Shown: positions 9,728 through 22,860, numbered from the stretch's first letter. The stretch: DNA of 64,000 nucleotides from Hyphomicrobiales bacterium (GCA_019075865.1 JAGXAN010000007.1:68237-132236), one strand, 5' to 3'. Notes: a model not told the origin generated them from the letters alone. Translations and numbers: made by a program.

Positions 9728-10811
9728 AGAAAACCCGCATTTGCATCTCGCCACGCGGATCATCGTGGCGATGCCGAACCCGATGCTGACCATCAACCAT
9801 ACGGGCATGATCGCGGATGCCAATCCGGCAGCAGAGCATTTCTTTGCGATGTCGCGCAGTAATCTGCGGCGTCAGAAGCTGGCGGATTTGCTTCCCTTTG
9901 CCTCGCCGCTGCTGCATCTGGTTGAGGAATCGCGCATGCGAGGCAGCGCCATCAATGAATATCGGGTGGATTTGGGCACGCCGCGAATCGGGGCCGAGCG
10001 GATCGTCGATATTCAGGTGGTGCCGCTGCTGGATGCCGAAAACCGGGTCGTCATCATGCTGCAGGAGCGCACCATTGCTGACAAGATGGATCGGCAATTG
10101 ACGCATCGCGGTGCGGCGCGCTCGGTTTCGGCCCTGGCTTCGATGCTGGCCCATGAAATCAAGAATCCGCTGTCGGGTATCCGGGGAGCGGCGCAATTGC
10201 TGGAAGGGGGGCTGGGTGATGAGGACAGGGCGCTGACACGCCTGATATGTGAGGAAACTGACCGGATCGTGCGCCTCGTGGATCGGATGGAGGCGTTTTC
10301 AGACGAGCGGCCCATGGAGCGAGCCAGTGTCAACATCCACGCCGTATTGGACAAGGTAAAGTGCAGCGCCAAGGCCGGTTTTGCCCGCCATGTGCGTCTG
10401 CAAGAGACTTATGATCCGTCGTTGCCGCCGGTCAACGGCAATTACGACCTGCTTGTGCAGGTGTTTTTGAATCTGTTGAAAAACGCCGCTGAGGCCATTG
10501 GCGAGGACATGATTGATGGTGAAATTGAAATCACCACCGCCTATCGACCCGGTGTCAAGATGCGCACGCCCGGCACGCATACCTTGACAAGCCTGCCGCT
10601 CGAAATTTGCATTCGTGACAATGGCCCGGGGGTTCCACCGGAAATCATCGAAATGTTGTTTGACCCCTTCGTCACGACGAAAGCATCCGGAACTGGCCTT
10701 GGTCTTGCATTGGTTGCCAAGATAGTTGGTGATCACGGAGGAATTGTTGAATGCGAATCTTTGCCGAGACGAACCTTGTTCCGGGTTCTATTGCCGGTAT
10801 TTTCCGTGTGA
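9702..10811 (+). CDS. ntrB: Nitrogen regulation sensor histidine kinase NtrB
   Basis: PAS region, H-box [14 protein letters not shown], and HATPase boxes ([25 protein letters not shown]). The start (ATG 9702 or 9708) is uncertain and overlaps the dusB end. Confidence 0.88.
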   Translation: MNMRLNLPEENPHLHLATRIIVAMPNPMLTINHTGMIADANPAAEHFFAMSRSNLRRQKLADLLPFASPLLHLVEESRMRGSAINEYRVDLGTPRIGAERIVDIQVVPLLDAENRVVIMLQERTIADKMDRQLTHRGAARSVSALASMLAHEIKNPLSGIRGAAQLLEGGLGDEDRALTRLICEETDRIVRLVDRMEAFSDERPMERASVNIHAVLDKVKCSAKAGFARHVRLQETYDPSLPPVNGNYDLLVQVFLNLLKNAAEAIGEDMIDGEIEITTAYRPGVKMRTPGTHTLTSLPLEICIRDNGPGVPPEIIEMLFDPFVTTKASGTGLGLALVAKIVGDHGGIVECESLPRRTLFRVLLPVFSV

Positions 10812-10842
10812 CCCGACGTGAGTTGATGAAGGAAACCATCCA

Positions 10843-12309
10843 ATGAGTGGCGGCATGATTCTGGTTGCCGATGACGATGCCTCGATCCGGATGATCCTGA
10901 CGCAGGCTCTGACGCGTGCAGGTTATCAAGTGCGGGCCAGCGCCAACGCTGCGGGGCTGTGGCGCTGGGTGCAGGCCGGTGATGGCGATCTGGTCATCAC
11001 CGATGTGGTGATGCCGGACGAGAACGCCTTTGACGTTCTGCCGCGCATCAAGAAACTGCGCCCTGAACTGCCGATCATTGTGATGAGCGCGCAAAATACG
11101 TTCATGACCGCGATCAAGGCGTCCGAGCGCGGGGCCTATGATTATCTGCCCAAGCCGTTTGACCTGAAGGAACTGGTGGCGATCGTCGGTCGCGCGATGA
11201 GCGAGCCACGCCATGCACCCGATGGCGACAAGCCGCCGGATCTGGAAGGCGTGCCGCTCGTGGGCCGTTCCCCCGCCATGCAGGAGATATATCGCGCGCT
11301 GGCGCGGCTGATGCAGACCGATCTGACCGTTATGATCACCGGGGAATCAGGGACGGGCAAGGAATTGGTGGCGCGGGCGCTGCATGATTACGGCAAGCGC
11401 AAATCGGGGCCGTTTGTTGCCATCAATATGGCGGCCATTCCGCGTGACCTGATCGAGAGCGAATTGTTCGGGCATGAAAAAGGGGCCTTCACCGGGGCCA
11501 ACAGCCGGGCCATCGGGCGATTTGAACAAGCCGAAGGCGGGACGCTTTTTCTGGACGAAATCGGCGATATGCCGATGGAGGCGCAAACGCGTTTGCTGCG
11601 GGTGTTGCAGCAGGGTGAATATACCACGGTTGGCGGGCGCACGGCGATCAAGACCAATGTGCGGATCGTGGCCGCTTCCAACAAGGAATTGCGTCGGCTG
11701 ATCCAAAAGGGGCTGTTTCGTGAAGATTTGTTTTTCCGCCTGAATGTGGTGCCGTTGCGTCTGCCGCCTTTGCGTGAGCGAACCGATGATATACCCGACC
11801 TCGCCCGACATTTCTTCAAATTGGCCGCGGCTGAAGGATTGCCGCTGAAGCGACTGGATGGGCCGGCGGCCGAGCGTCTGAAGCGCTACCGTTGGCCGGG
11901 CAATATCCGTGAATTGGAAAATCTGACCCGGCGATTGGCAGCGCTTTATCCGCAGGATGTGGTGGGCGTGGAACTGGTCGAGGCCGAAATCGGGATGGAC
12001 AATGGCGGCGGCGTGATCGCTGCCGGGGGCGAAGCCGGCAAGGCCGCGCCACACGATTCCGATGCCAGCCTGTCCCTGGCGCTGGAGCGGCATTTGGCCG
12101 AAATATTCCGCACCCCGGATGGGGAATTGCCACCGCCCGGTCTCTATCATCGCATTTTGCGTGAAATCGAGGGGCCATTGATTGCGGCCGCATTGGGCGC
12201 GACACGTGGCAACCAGATCCGCGCCTCGGAATTGCTTGGCCTCAATCGAAACACTCTGCGCAAAAAGGTGCGCGACCTCGATATTTCGCCGATGCGCCTG
12301 CCCAAATAA
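10843..12309 (+). CDS. ntrC: Sigma54-dependent response regulator NtrC
   Basis: Receiver domain (ILVADDD...VITDVVMPD), AAA+ domain (GESGTGKE, the GAFTGA motif, LFLDEIGDM), and a C-terminal Fis-type HTH ([20 protein letters not shown]). Confidence 0.93.
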   Translation: MSGGMILVADDDASIRMILTQALTRAGYQVRASANAAGLWRWVQAGDGDLVITDVVMPDENAFDVLPRIKKLRPELPIIVMSAQNTFMTAIKASERGAYDYLPKPFDLKELVAIVGRAMSEPRHAPDGDKPPDLEGVPLVGRSPAMQEIYRALARLMQTDLTVMITGESGTGKELVARALHDYGKRKSGPFVAINMAAIPRDLIESELFGHEKGAFTGANSRAIGRFEQAEGGTLFLDEIGDMPMEAQTRLLRVLQQGEYTTVGGRTAIKTNVRIVAASNKELRRLIQKGLFREDLFFRLNVVPLRLPPLRERTDDIPDLARHFFKLAAAEGLPLKRLDGPAAERLKRYRWPGNIRELENLTRRLAALYPQDVVGVELVEAEIGMDNGGGVIAAGGEAGKAAPHDSDASLSLALERHLAEIFRTPDGELPPPGLYHRILREIEGPLIAAALGATRGNQIRASELLGLNRNTLRKKVRDLDISPMRLPK

Positions 12310-12498
12310 TTCGCATCTATGCGTTTGACGCCTAATTTGCGGCTTGCATTGCTCGCAAAAATGTCGCAATTGTGCAACACAGTGATAATAATACAACGAA
12401 GTCGTCGCCAGGTTTTCGCATTGCGAAGGCAAACGGGCGGAGGGCATTTCGTATAGGGTAGGTGCTGCCAAGTCTGCGGCAGTTAGTCATCAGGCACA

Positions 12499-14808
12499 AT
12501 GAACGACAAATCATTTGAACCATCGGCTGCGCCCAGCGCTGGGAGCGTTCCATTGCGGGCACCCGCTGGAGCGGCCTATTCCGGTCAACCCCGCCGGGCA
12601 TCGCGCCTGGGTATTGTTGCCATTGTCGCGGCCCTTGTTCTGGCCGTGGGCACGTTTCTGATTTTCAATCGGCTGACCCCGATCATTCCCGACGCGCGGG
12701 TGGTTCAGATTCTGCTGGTTGTGAACGTGCTGATCATTTTCACCCTGCTTGCCATGGTGATTTGGGAGGCCGTGCATCTTTATTGGCAATGGCGTGGTCA
12801 TGCGGCAGGGTCGGGCCTTCATCTGCGAATCGTGACCTTGTTTTCGATCATTGCTGCGGCACCGGCGGTTCTCATGGCGGTGGTTGGCCTGGTAACGGTG
12901 CAGCGCAGTCTCAACCCTGGCTACATGCAGGATGTGCAGGGCATGATTCTGGATACAGTGCAGGCTGCGCGACTGTTTCGCGAGGCCGAATGCAGCCGGC
13001 TTTTGGGTGAGACCCGGCTTACCGCGATTGATCTGGATCATGGCAAAGTGATCTACGACAAGGACCCCGAGTTGTTTCGCAAATATTTTGCCTCGCGTGC
13101 TACATTTCTGGGGTTCAAGACCGCCGTGATGATGAAAAGCAACGGCGAAATCATTGATCGCGGCGACCAGCCTGGCGCGCCACCGGCGGTCACCCCGCAA
13201 AAGAGTGATTTTGCCGATGCGCTGAAAAATGATCAGGCCTGCCTGCTGCTGGACGGTGGGCGAACCTTTGTGGCGTTGGCCAGCCTCACGTCCTTTCCCG
13301 ACGTGTTTTTATATGCGGCACGCCCGGTTGACCCGCTAACCGCGCAATTTCCGATGGAAGCCAACCAGCTAGAGCGCGGCTTTCAATACATTATGGCCAG
13401 CCGTGGCAATTTGCAGATCGCCTTTGCCATTTTCTACGCCTTGCTGGCGCTGCTGATGATGCTGTCTTCCATCTGGATCGGGTTGGCATTTGCCAATCGT
13501 CTGGTCAATCCGATCCGGCGGCTGATTGCGGCAACCGATCAAGTGGCGTCGGGCAATCTTTACGTGCGGGTGCCGATCATCCGGTCGGAGGGTGATCTCG
13601 CCCATCTGGGCGAGACCTTTAACAAGATGACGTCGGAATTGCGCCTGCAGCAAAATGGCTTGATGTCGGCGAGCCAGATATTGGAAGAGCGCCATGCGTT
13701 TACCGAGGCGGTGCTCTCCGGGGTGCCGGTGGCGGTGATCGGGGTGGACGAGCAGGGCCGCATCAATGTGCTTAACCCGTCCGCATTGAACCTGCTGGGC
13801 CTCGAAAGCCAAAAGGTGATTGGACAAAACGCCGAATCTATATTGCCCGAACTGGCCGCAATCATGGAGGAGGCGCGCACCAGTTCCACCCGGCTGGTGC
13901 AGGGGCAAATGATGCTGTCGCGGCAGGGGCGCGAGCGGGTGTTCAATGTGCGCGTGACCGGCGGTGGCCAGGTCGAGCGGCGGCTCGTGATCACGCTGGA
14001 TGACATCACCGACTTGGCCAGCGCCCAACGCACCGCCGCCTGGGCGGATGTGGCGCGGCGCATTGCCCATGAAATCAAGAATCCGCTAACCCCGATCCAA
14101 CTTTCGGCGGATCGCCTGAAACGTAAATACGGGCGCGTGATTGTTGAAGATCGGGAGATTTTCGACCAGTGCACCGATACGATCATCCGTCAGGTGGAAG
14201 ACATCAAGCGCATGGTAGATGAGTTTTCATCCTTTGCGCGCATGCCCAAGCCCCGGCTTGAAGTGGGCGAGGTCAATTCAACCGTGGCGCAGGCAGCGTT
14301 TCTGATGCGCAATGGCCATCCGGATATCGATATCGAGACGAATATTCCGCAAGAGCCGATCATCGGCCGGTTTGACCGCCACCTGATCTCGCAGGCGCTG
14401 ACCAATATCGTCAAGAATGCCACCGAAGGGCTGGCCAGCGCGCGCGAAGCCGGGACTTTGACCAAAGCCCCGAAAATCTTGATTTCGCTGACCAAAACCG
14501 ATGCCAATTACGTGTGGATTGACGTCATCGACAATGGTGTCGGTTTTCCCAGCGAAAATCGGCAAAGCCTGCTGGAGCCCTATGTCACGACCCGCGCCGA
14601 GGGCACCGGGCTTGGCTTGCCGATCGTCGCCAAAATTCTTGAAGACCATGGCGGCGGCATTCAGTTGCTGGATGCGCCGCACGGCCGGGGCGCGCGGGTC
14701 GCCATGTATTTTCCGGCGATCGTTGATGAGACGGCCCATCCGCCACCCAAGAACGAAGCCACGGCTGCCGAGCCAAAATTATCTTCCCTTCTCAACCCGC
14801 AAATGTGA
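12499..14808 (+). CDS. ntrY: Membrane sensor histidine kinase NtrY
   Basis: 769 aa with N-terminal TM segments, HAMP and PAS regions, H-box [21 protein letters not shown], and HATPase (GTGLGLPIV). It sits directly upstream of ntrX. Confidence 0.9.
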   Translation: MNDKSFEPSAAPSAGSVPLRAPAGAAYSGQPRRASRLGIVAIVAALVLAVGTFLIFNRLTPIIPDARVVQILLVVNVLIIFTLLAMVIWEAVHLYWQWRGHAAGSGLHLRIVTLFSIIAAAPAVLMAVVGLVTVQRSLNPGYMQDVQGMILDTVQAARLFREAECSRLLGETRLTAIDLDHGKVIYDKDPELFRKYFASRATFLGFKTAVMMKSNGEIIDRGDQPGAPPAVTPQKSDFADALKNDQACLLLDGGRTFVALASLTSFPDVFLYAARPVDPLTAQFPMEANQLERGFQYIMASRGNLQIAFAIFYALLALLMMLSSIWIGLAFANRLVNPIRRLIAATDQVASGNLYVRVPIIRSEGDLAHLGETFNKMTSELRLQQNGLMSASQILEERHAFTEAVLSGVPVAVIGVDEQGRINVLNPSALNLLGLESQKVIGQNAESILPELAAIMEEARTSSTRLVQGQMMLSRQGRERVFNVRVTGGGQVERRLVITLDDITDLASAQRTAAWADVARRIAHEIKNPLTPIQLSADRLKRKYGRVIVEDREIFDQCTDTIIRQVEDIKRMVDEFSSFARMPKPRLEVGEVNSTVAQAAFLMRNGHPDIDIETNIPQEPIIGRFDRHLISQALTNIVKNATEGLASAREAGTLTKAPKILISLTKTDANYVWIDVIDNGVGFPSENRQSLLEPYVTTRAEGTGLGLPIVAKILEDHGGGIQLLDAPHGRGARVAMYFPAIVDETAHPPPKNEATAAEPKLSSLLNPQM

Positions 14809-14814
14809 ATTCCC

Positions 14815-16182
14815 ATGGCAAGTGACATTCTGATCATTGATGACGAAGCCGACATTCGCGAAATCGTTGCCGGTATCTTGTCGGACGAGGGGCATGGCAC
14901 CCGCATGGCGCGCAATTCGGACGAAGCGCTGGCGGCGATTGCGGCGAGGCGGCCGCAACTGGTTTTTCTCGATATCTGGTTGCAGGGCTCCAAACTGGAT
15001 GGCATGCAGATTCTCGGGATGATCAAGGAACAGAACCCCGGTTTGCCGGTGGTGATGATTTCCGGGCATGGCAATATCGAAACGGCGGTTTCGGCGATCA
15101 AGCTGGGGGCCTATGACTTCATTGAAAAGCCGTTCAAGGCGGATCGGTTGCTGCTGGTGGCCGAGCGGGCGCTGGAAGCCTCACGCCTCAAGCGCGAAGT
15201 CAGTGATTTGCGGGCGCGTTCGGGTGCCAGTGACCGTATGGTGGGCAAATCCCTGGCTGTGCATCAGTTGCGCCAGACCATCGAGCGGATCGGGCCAGCC
15301 AACTCGCGCATATTGATTACGGGTGCTTCGGGCAGCGGCAAGGAATTGGCGGCCCGCGCCATCCATGCCAATTCCAACCGCGCATCCGGCCCGTTCATCG
15401 TGATCAACGCCGCGACCATCGGCCCGGATGTGATGGAGGCGGAGCTTTTTGGTGTCGAGGGCGCGGATCGGATCGTCCGAAAGGTCGGCGCGCTGGAAGA
15501 GGCGCATGGTGGCACGCTTTATATCGACGAAGTTGCCGATATGCCGCGCGAAACGCAGGGCAAAATACTGCGCGTGCTGGTGGAGCAGAATTTCCAGCGG
15601 GTCGGCGGTTCAACGCGTGTGCATGTCGATGTGCGGATCATATCTTCAACCAGCCGCGATCTGACCAGCGCGATGGAGGAGGGGACTTTTCGTGAGGATC
15701 TGTTCCACCGCCTGTCCGTGGTGCCTTTGCGGGTGCCAACGCTGGCGGAGCGGCGCGAGGATATTCCCGAATTGCTCGATTATTTCATGGATCAACTGGC
15801 TTCCATCCATGGCTTGCCACGACGCAAAATTGGGGATGACGCGCTGGCGGTGCTGCAATCCCATGACTGGCCGGGCAATATCCGGCAATTGCGTAACAAT
15901 GTGGAACGATTGATGATCCTGGCATCCGGTTCGCCCGATACCGAGGTCAGCGCAGAAATGCTGCCCAAGGAGATCGGGGCGCTGGTGCCCAGCACGCCGG
16001 GCGCGGCAGGCGGTGAGAAACTGATGAGCCTGCCACTGCGCGATGCCCGCGAAATTTTCGAGCGTGAATATCTGGTGGCGCAAATCAACCGGTTCGGAGG
16101 CAATATTTCCCGAACCGCCGAATTCATCGGCATGGAGCGCTCTGCGTTGCACCGAAAGCTGAAATCGCTGGAGATTGATTGA
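14815..16182 (+). CDS. ntrX: Response regulator NtrX (NtrC family, lacks GAFTGA)
   Basis: Receiver domain, AAA+ domain (GASGSGKE) and HTH (GNISRTAEFIGMERSALHRK). The GAFTGA sigma54-contact loop is replaced by ELFGVEGADRIVRKVG, which is characteristic of NtrX. Confidence 0.9.
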   Translation: MASDILIIDDEADIREIVAGILSDEGHGTRMARNSDEALAAIAARRPQLVFLDIWLQGSKLDGMQILGMIKEQNPGLPVVMISGHGNIETAVSAIKLGAYDFIEKPFKADRLLLVAERALEASRLKREVSDLRARSGASDRMVGKSLAVHQLRQTIERIGPANSRILITGASGSGKELAARAIHANSNRASGPFIVINAATIGPDVMEAELFGVEGADRIVRKVGALEEAHGGTLYIDEVADMPRETQGKILRVLVEQNFQRVGGSTRVHVDVRIISSTSRDLTSAMEEGTFREDLFHRLSVVPLRVPTLAERREDIPELLDYFMDQLASIHGLPRRKIGDDALAVLQSHDWPGNIRQLRNNVERLMILASGSPDTEVSAEMLPKEIGALVPSTPGAAGGEKLMSLPLRDAREIFEREYLVAQINRFGGNISRTAEFIGMERSALHRKLKSLEID

Positions 16183-16378
16183 ACGAAGGCGCGTGCACCT
16201 TTCAGCTTTGCAATTTTGCGGAGTCAGACCTGCTTATATTGCATTGCAGCAAATTTGCTTTTGACTTTAGAGTTAAGTCTTCGAATTCTGGTGCTTTGGG
16301 GTGCAAGCATCCAGTCTGTCGCAATAAGACGAGAAGCTTTCGAGGCCAAATCGTCGCAGAAAATGAAATGGAAAGAAA

Positions 16379-16636
16379 ATGGTGACCGAGAAGAACCAGA
16401 ATTTGCAGGATGTGTTTCTCAATCACGTCCGCAAGAACAAGGTGCCGCTGACAATCTTTCTGGTAAATGGCGTTAAACTTCAGGGTGTTGTTACGTGGTT
16501 TGACAATTTTTGTCTGCTGCTGCGTCGCGACGGCCTCTCGCAAATGGTGTACAAGCACGCCATATCAACGATAATGCCCGGACACCCCATCCAAATGTTC
16601 GAGCCGGGTGAAGAAGGCGAAAGATCTGACCGATAG
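16379..16636 (+). CDS. hfq: RNA chaperone Hfq
   Basis: 85 aa with the Sm fold signature ([57 protein letters not shown]). Confidence 0.96.
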   Translation: MVTEKNQNLQDVFLNHVRKNKVPLTIFLVNGVKLQGVVTWFDNFCLLLRRDGLSQMVYKHAISTIMPGHPIQMFEPGEEGERSDR

Positions 16637-18059
16637 TTCAAACCAGAAGCCCCTGAAAACCTCCGGAACCCGGGGGGCAGGGGGAGATGATGATTCGTTC
16701 GACCTTCATCAGGCACGCAAAATTGCGCAAGCGACGCGAACGCTTGTCGTTGGGCCTTATCTGAACAAGCATGCGCAGCGCGCCAGCGCGAAGGCCAGTC
16801 CGCCAAGGGATCCGCAGGATCGGCTCCTGGAGGCGGCGAGCCTGACCCGCGCCATTCAGCTGGAAGTGGTGGATGCGTTTATTGCGACGCTTTCGGCGCT
16901 GACGCCTGCCACTTACATGGGCAGCGGCAAGGTCGCTGAAATTGCGGAGCGGGTGGAGGCTGAGGAAATCGCGCTGGTCGTGATGGATTGCGCGCTCTCG
17001 CCGGTGCAGCAGCGCAATCTTGAAAAGGCGCTGGGTGCCAAAGTCATTGACCGAACCGGATTGATTCTCGAAATTTTCGGGCAGCGCGCCCGCACCCGCG
17101 AAGGTGCGTTGCAGGTGGAACTGGCGCATCTTGCCTACCAGAAATCGCGGTTGGTGCGCTCCTGGACCCATTTGGAACGCCAACGTGGCGGCTTTGGCTT
17201 TTTGGGTGGCCCGGGTGAAACCCAGATTGAGACCGACCGCCGCTTGATTGAAGAGCGCATGGCGCGCATTGAGCGGGACCTCGCTGGGGTGAAGCGCACG
17301 CGCGCCCTGCACCGAAAGGCGCGGCGGGATGTGCCTTACCCGGTGGTGGCGCTGGTGGGATATACCAATGCCGGCAAATCGACATTGTTCAATGCGCTGA
17401 CGCAGTCCGATGTCTTTGCCAAGGATTTGCTGTTTGCCACGCTCGATCCGACTTTGCGGGCCCTGCGCCTGCCGCACGGCGGCAAGGTGATATTGTCCGA
17501 CACCGTCGGCTTCATCTCTGATTTGCCAACGCTGCTGATTTCAGCTTTCCGTGCGACGCTGGAGGAGGTGCTGGAGGCGGATGTCATCGTGCATGTACGC
17601 GATATTTCACATGCGGACAGCGACGCCCAAAGCGCCGATGTCACCGAGATATTGCAGCAATTGGGGATTGATTCGGCCAGCGACATTCGCCGCATCGAAG
17701 TGTGGAACAAGGCCGATCTATTGGCGCCGCATGCACGCACGGCTGCGGTTGAGAGCGCCAGCCATGCCGCGACCGGGGTGAAGCCCGCGGATATGCAGCC
17801 TATTTTGATTTCAGCCCTGACCGGCGAGGGGCTGCCGGAGCTTTTGGCGGCGATCGAGGCGCGCCTTGCCAAAGGCCGGGTCGAAATGCATCTGAAGCTG
17901 GATGCCAGTGACGGGCAGGGGTTGAGCTGGCTCTATGAAAACACCGAGATACTGGCGCGGCAGGAGGATGGCAAGGGCGACATTGATTTGCGCGTCCGTG
18001 TTCTTCCCCAGATGCGGGAGCGGCTTGAGCGGCGCTTTCCCGGCGTGGCCTTGATGTAA
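16608..18059 (+). CDS. hflX: GTPase HflX
   Basis: G1 [15 protein letters not shown]3 DTVGF, G4 NKAD, in the conserved hfq-hflX order. The only in-frame start I see is GTG 16608, which overlaps hfq by 29 nt, so the start is uncertain. Confidence 0.9.
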   Translation: MKKAKDLTDSSNQKPLKTSGTRGAGGDDDSFDLHQARKIAQATRTLVVGPYLNKHAQRASAKASPPRDPQDRLLEAASLTRAIQLEVVDAFIATLSALTPATYMGSGKVAEIAERVEAEEIALVVMDCALSPVQQRNLEKALGAKVIDRTGLILEIFGQRARTREGALQVELAHLAYQKSRLVRSWTHLERQRGGFGFLGGPGETQIETDRRLIEERMARIERDLAGVKRTRALHRKARRDVPYPVVALVGYTNAGKSTLFNALTQSDVFAKDLLFATLDPTLRALRLPHGGKVILSDTVGFISDLPTLLISAFRATLEEVLEADVIVHVRDISHADSDAQSADVTEILQQLGIDSASDIRRIEVWNKADLLAPHARTAAVESASHAATGVKPADMQPILISALTGEGLPELLAAIEARLAKGRVEMHLKLDASDGQGLSWLYENTEILARQEDGKGDIDLRVRVLPQMRERLERRFPGVALM

Positions 18060-19667
<1,608 letters not shown>

Positions 19668-19972
19668 GCCATAAAGCTTCAGGGATAAGCCCAAGTTGGC
19701 CGCAAATTCAAACGGCCGAAAATCGGGCGTGCAACGCTAGTCTAATTGCCTAGCTGGCTGGAATTCTGAATCGCCATGCTGCACCGCTGGGAGCGTTGCA
19801 GATTGCGCTGGTTTCTGGCAAGAGTGTTTAACAATTCGGGAATCGAGACAACGGTTTCCATGCGAATGCGCATGCAAAATATAAGAAATGCGCAAAAAAA
19901 CGTGCGGAAATACGCGCGGCACAGGGCAACGGAAGCTGGCACTTAAGCAAGCATTTGGGAGAGGCAAAATTC

Positions 19973-22129
19973 ATGAATCCGATTTGGTTGATTATTTTGG
20001 GCGGCTTGATGTCGCTGGTCTATGGCGTGGTGACGGTCATGCAACTCAATGCAGCCGATGCTGGCACACAGCGGATGCAGGAAATTGCCACCGCCATTGC
20101 TGAAGGTGCGCAGGCCTATCTCAAGCGGCAATACATGACCATTTTTGCGGTCGGCATCGTGATTTTTGCTCTGCTGGCCTGGTTGCTGGGCTGGCCGGTG
20201 GCCAGCGGTTTCGTGGTTGGCGCGGTATTGTCGGGGGCGGCCGGTTTCATCGGCATGAACGTCTCGGTTCGTGCCAATGTGCGCACGGCGCAGGCGGCTT
20301 CCAAGTCTCTGGCTGGGGGCCTTGATCTGGCATTCAAATCGGGTGCTGTGACGGGTATGCTGGTGGCGGGTCTCGCGCTTCTTGGCGTCACCATCACCTA
20401 TTACGTGCTCACCGGGCCGATGGGCCTTGCCCCCAATGACCGCATCGTTGTCGATGCTTTGGTCGCGCTCGGGTTTGGTGCCTCGCTGATTTCGATTTTC
20501 GCGCGTCTCGGCGGCGGTATTTTCACCAAGGGTGCAGACGTCGGCGGCGATCTTGTCGGCAAGGTTGAAGCTGGCATTCCCGAAGATGATCCGCGCAACC
20601 CTGCCACGATTGCGGACAATGTTGGTGACAATGTCGGCGACTGCGCGGGCATGGCGGCGGATTTGTTTGAGACCTATGCGGTGACCGTGGTTGCCACCAT
20701 GGTGCTCAGTGCCATTTTCTTTGGCAATTCCCCCATTCTTGCCCATGTGATGCTATACCCGCTGGCGATCTGCTCGGCTTGTATCGTCACCTCGATCATC
20801 GGCACGTATTTTGTGAAACTGGGTGCCAATGGCTCGATCATGGGGGCGCTGTATAAGGGCCTCTGGGCGACCACGCTGTTCTCGGTCGCCGGATTGGCGC
20901 TGGCAACGCAGACGATGATTGGCTGGGGCGAAATTGGCAAGCTGGCCGTCACGGGCCGCACCGAGCCTTTGTCGATTACCGGCGAGCACCTGTTCTATTG
21001 CGGGTTGGTTGGCCTGATTGTGACCGGCTTGATCGTCTGGATCACCGAATATTACACCGGCACCGGCAAGCGCCCGGTGGTATCGATTGCGCAAGCTTCG
21101 GTAACGGGACATGGCACGAATGTCATTCAGGGCCTCGCGGTCTCGTTGGAATCGACGGCCATGCCGGCGCTGGTAATCATTGCCGGTATTCTGGCGACCT
21201 ATCAGCTTGCGGGGCTTTATGGCACGGCCATTGCCGTCACCACCATGCTCGGCATCGCCGGCATGATCGTGGCGCTCGATGCTTTTGGACCCGTCACTGA
21301 CAATGCCGGCGGCATTGCCGAAATGGCGGGATTGCCCAAGGAAGTGCGCCAGTCCACCGACGCGCTCGATGCGGTTGGCAATACCACCAAAGCTGTCACC
21401 AAGGGCTATGCCATCGGCTCGGCGGGCCTTGGCGCTTTGGTGCTGTTTGCCGCTTATTCGAATGATTTGAGCTATTTTGCCTCCAATCCGGACAAGTTCA
21501 CCTATTTCAAGGGTGTTGGTGCGATCTCGTTTGATTTGTCCAATCCTTACGTGGTCGCCGGTTTGATTTTCGGCGGTCTCATTCCTTACCTGTTCGCGGG
21601 TATTGCGATGACGGCGGTTGGACGGGCCGCTGGCGCGATCGTTGAAGAGGTGCGCCGCCAGTTCCGTGAAAAGCCGGGCATCATGCAGGGAACGGATCGG
21701 CCCGATTATGCCGCCGCCGTCGACCTTCTGACCAAAGCTGCGATCAAGGAAATGGTTGTGCCGTCGCTGTTGCCGGTGTTGGCACCGGTGGTGGTGTATT
21801 TTGGCGTGCTGACAATTTCTGGTTCCAAGGCCAATGCTTTTGCCGCGCTCGGAGCTTCCTTGCTGGGCGTGATCGTCAATGGCTTGTTCGTGGCCATTTC
21901 GATGACCTCGGGCGGCGGTGCCTGGGATAATGCCAAAAAGAGCTTTGAAGATGGCTTTGTGGACAAGGACGGCGTTCGCCACCTCAAGGGCTCGGATGCC
22001 CATAAGGCGTCGGTCACCGGCGACACGGTCGGCGACCCCTACAAGGACACCGCTGGCCCGGCCATTAACCCGGCGATCAAGATCACCAATATCGTGGCTC
22101 TGCTATTGCTGGCGATCCTGGCGCGCTAA
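19973..22129 (+). CDS. hppA: Membrane-bound proton-translocating pyrophosphatase (probably K+-independent type)
   Basis: Polytopic protein with the signature [48 protein letters not shown]. The GNTTKA form (Lys) is associated with K+ independence. ATG 19973 is preceded by GGGAGAGG. Confidence 0.96.
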   Translation: MNPIWLIILGGLMSLVYGVVTVMQLNAADAGTQRMQEIATAIAEGAQAYLKRQYMTIFAVGIVIFALLAWLLGWPVASGFVVGAVLSGAAGFIGMNVSVRANVRTAQAASKSLAGGLDLAFKSGAVTGMLVAGLALLGVTITYYVLTGPMGLAPNDRIVVDALVALGFGASLISIFARLGGGIFTKGADVGGDLVGKVEAGIPEDDPRNPATIADNVGDNVGDCAGMAADLFETYAVTVVATMVLSAIFFGNSPILAHVMLYPLAICSACIVTSIIGTYFVKLGANGSIMGALYKGLWATTLFSVAGLALATQTMIGWGEIGKLAVTGRTEPLSITGEHLFYCGLVGLIVTGLIVWITEYYTGTGKRPVVSIAQASVTGHGTNVIQGLAVSLESTAMPALVIIAGILATYQLAGLYGTAIAVTTMLGIAGMIVALDAFGPVTDNAGGIAEMAGLPKEVRQSTDALDAVGNTTKAVTKGYAIGSAGLGALVLFAAYSNDLSYFASNPDKFTYFKGVGAISFDLSNPYVVAGLIFGGLIPYLFAGIAMTAVGRAAGAIVEEVRRQFREKPGIMQGTDRPDYAAAVDLLTKAAIKEMVVPSLLPVLAPVVVYFGVLTISGSKANAFAALGASLLGVIVNGLFVAISMTSGGGAWDNAKKSFEDGFVDKDGVRHLKGSDAHKASVTGDTVGDPYKDTAGPAINPAIKITNIVALLLLAILAR

Positions 22130-22168
22130 TTCGCGCCGGGCGTAAGCCGGCCAGACTGCGCAAACAAT

Positions 22169-22199
22169 AAAGCCCCCTTCTCGCGAAGGGGGCTTTTTT
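22169..22199. terminator. Bidirectional rho-independent terminator between hppA and bamE
   Basis: AAGCCCCCTT / AAGGGGGCTT stem with a CTCGCG loop. TTTTTT follows on the plus strand and a U-rich tract (TTTATTGTTTG) follows on the minus strand. Confidence 0.8.
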
Positions 22200-22239
22200 A
22201 ATGAAGCGCTTTGGAAGGTGTTGGCGATTGCCGCTTGGC

Positions 22240-22713
22240 CTAGAACCGCAGCAGGTTGCCAATCATGTTGCCAACGAAATTGGGTTCGCTGCCGGTCGTT
22301 GGTGTGGTGCGGGAAATGAAGTCGAAGACTTTGCCGTCCTTCATCCCGTAATTGGCGATGCGCGTCACTTTTTTCTTGTCATCGAAATAGACCGCGTAAA
22401 CGTGCTGGTCGGTAATTTTCGGCTTCATGAAGGCCACGGGCTGTTCGGATTTCTGGCTGATGTAATACCAGGCGCTGCCGCCAACGGTGGAAGTTGTGGT
22501 CGGATCGCCCAGAAGCGCCAGAACCTGTTCAGCCGGTTCGCCCTCATGCACCTGCGCCAAGGCTTGGGGATCGGCGATATAGCCATGGTGGATTGTGTTA
22601 TTCATGCTGGAGCAACCCGCCAAGGCGAGGGCCAGCGCACCCGCGCCGATCAGGCTCTTGAGGTGCGAGCCAGCCAAATTGCCACCACGCTTCGAAATTT
22701 CCATCTCTGACAT
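22240..22713 (-). CDS. bamE: Outer membrane protein assembly factor BamE (SmpA/OmlA lipoprotein)
   Basis: Signal peptide with lipobox LALAGC|SS. The size and sequence (HHGYI...Q.......G.P....L.G.P) are BamE-like. Confidence 0.8.
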   Translation of the reverse strand: MSEMEISKRGGNLAGSHLKSLIGAGALALALAGCSSMNNTIHHGYIADPQALAQVHEGEPAEQVLALLGDPTTTSTVGGSAWYYISQKSEQPVAFMKPKITDQHVYAVYFDDKKKVTRIANYGMKDGKVFDFISRTTPTTGSEPNFVGNMIGNLLRF

Positions 22714-22860
22714 ATATCACCTTCTCGTCTTGACGCCGTTGAGCCATATATACGGGAATGAAGCCCGATGCTACGAATTCAGCTTGCCCGATCTTGCCTA
22801 ATCCTGCAAAGCGGGGAAAGCAAGGCAGTACAAAAAGCAAAAGTCTGGGAAATTTCAAAG

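Noticed and set aside
16289-16305. Sigma54-like TGGTGC-N-GTGCA upstream of hfq, tempting because ntrC lies nearby.
   Set aside because: The GG-to-GC spacing is again 11 nt, and both half-sites deviate from TGGCAC/TTGCA.
19937-19953. Sigma54-like TGGCAC…AAGCA just upstream of hppA.
   Set aside because: GG (19938-19939) and GC (19951-19952) are separated by 11 nt, not the strictly required 10. The -12 element is also not TTGC.
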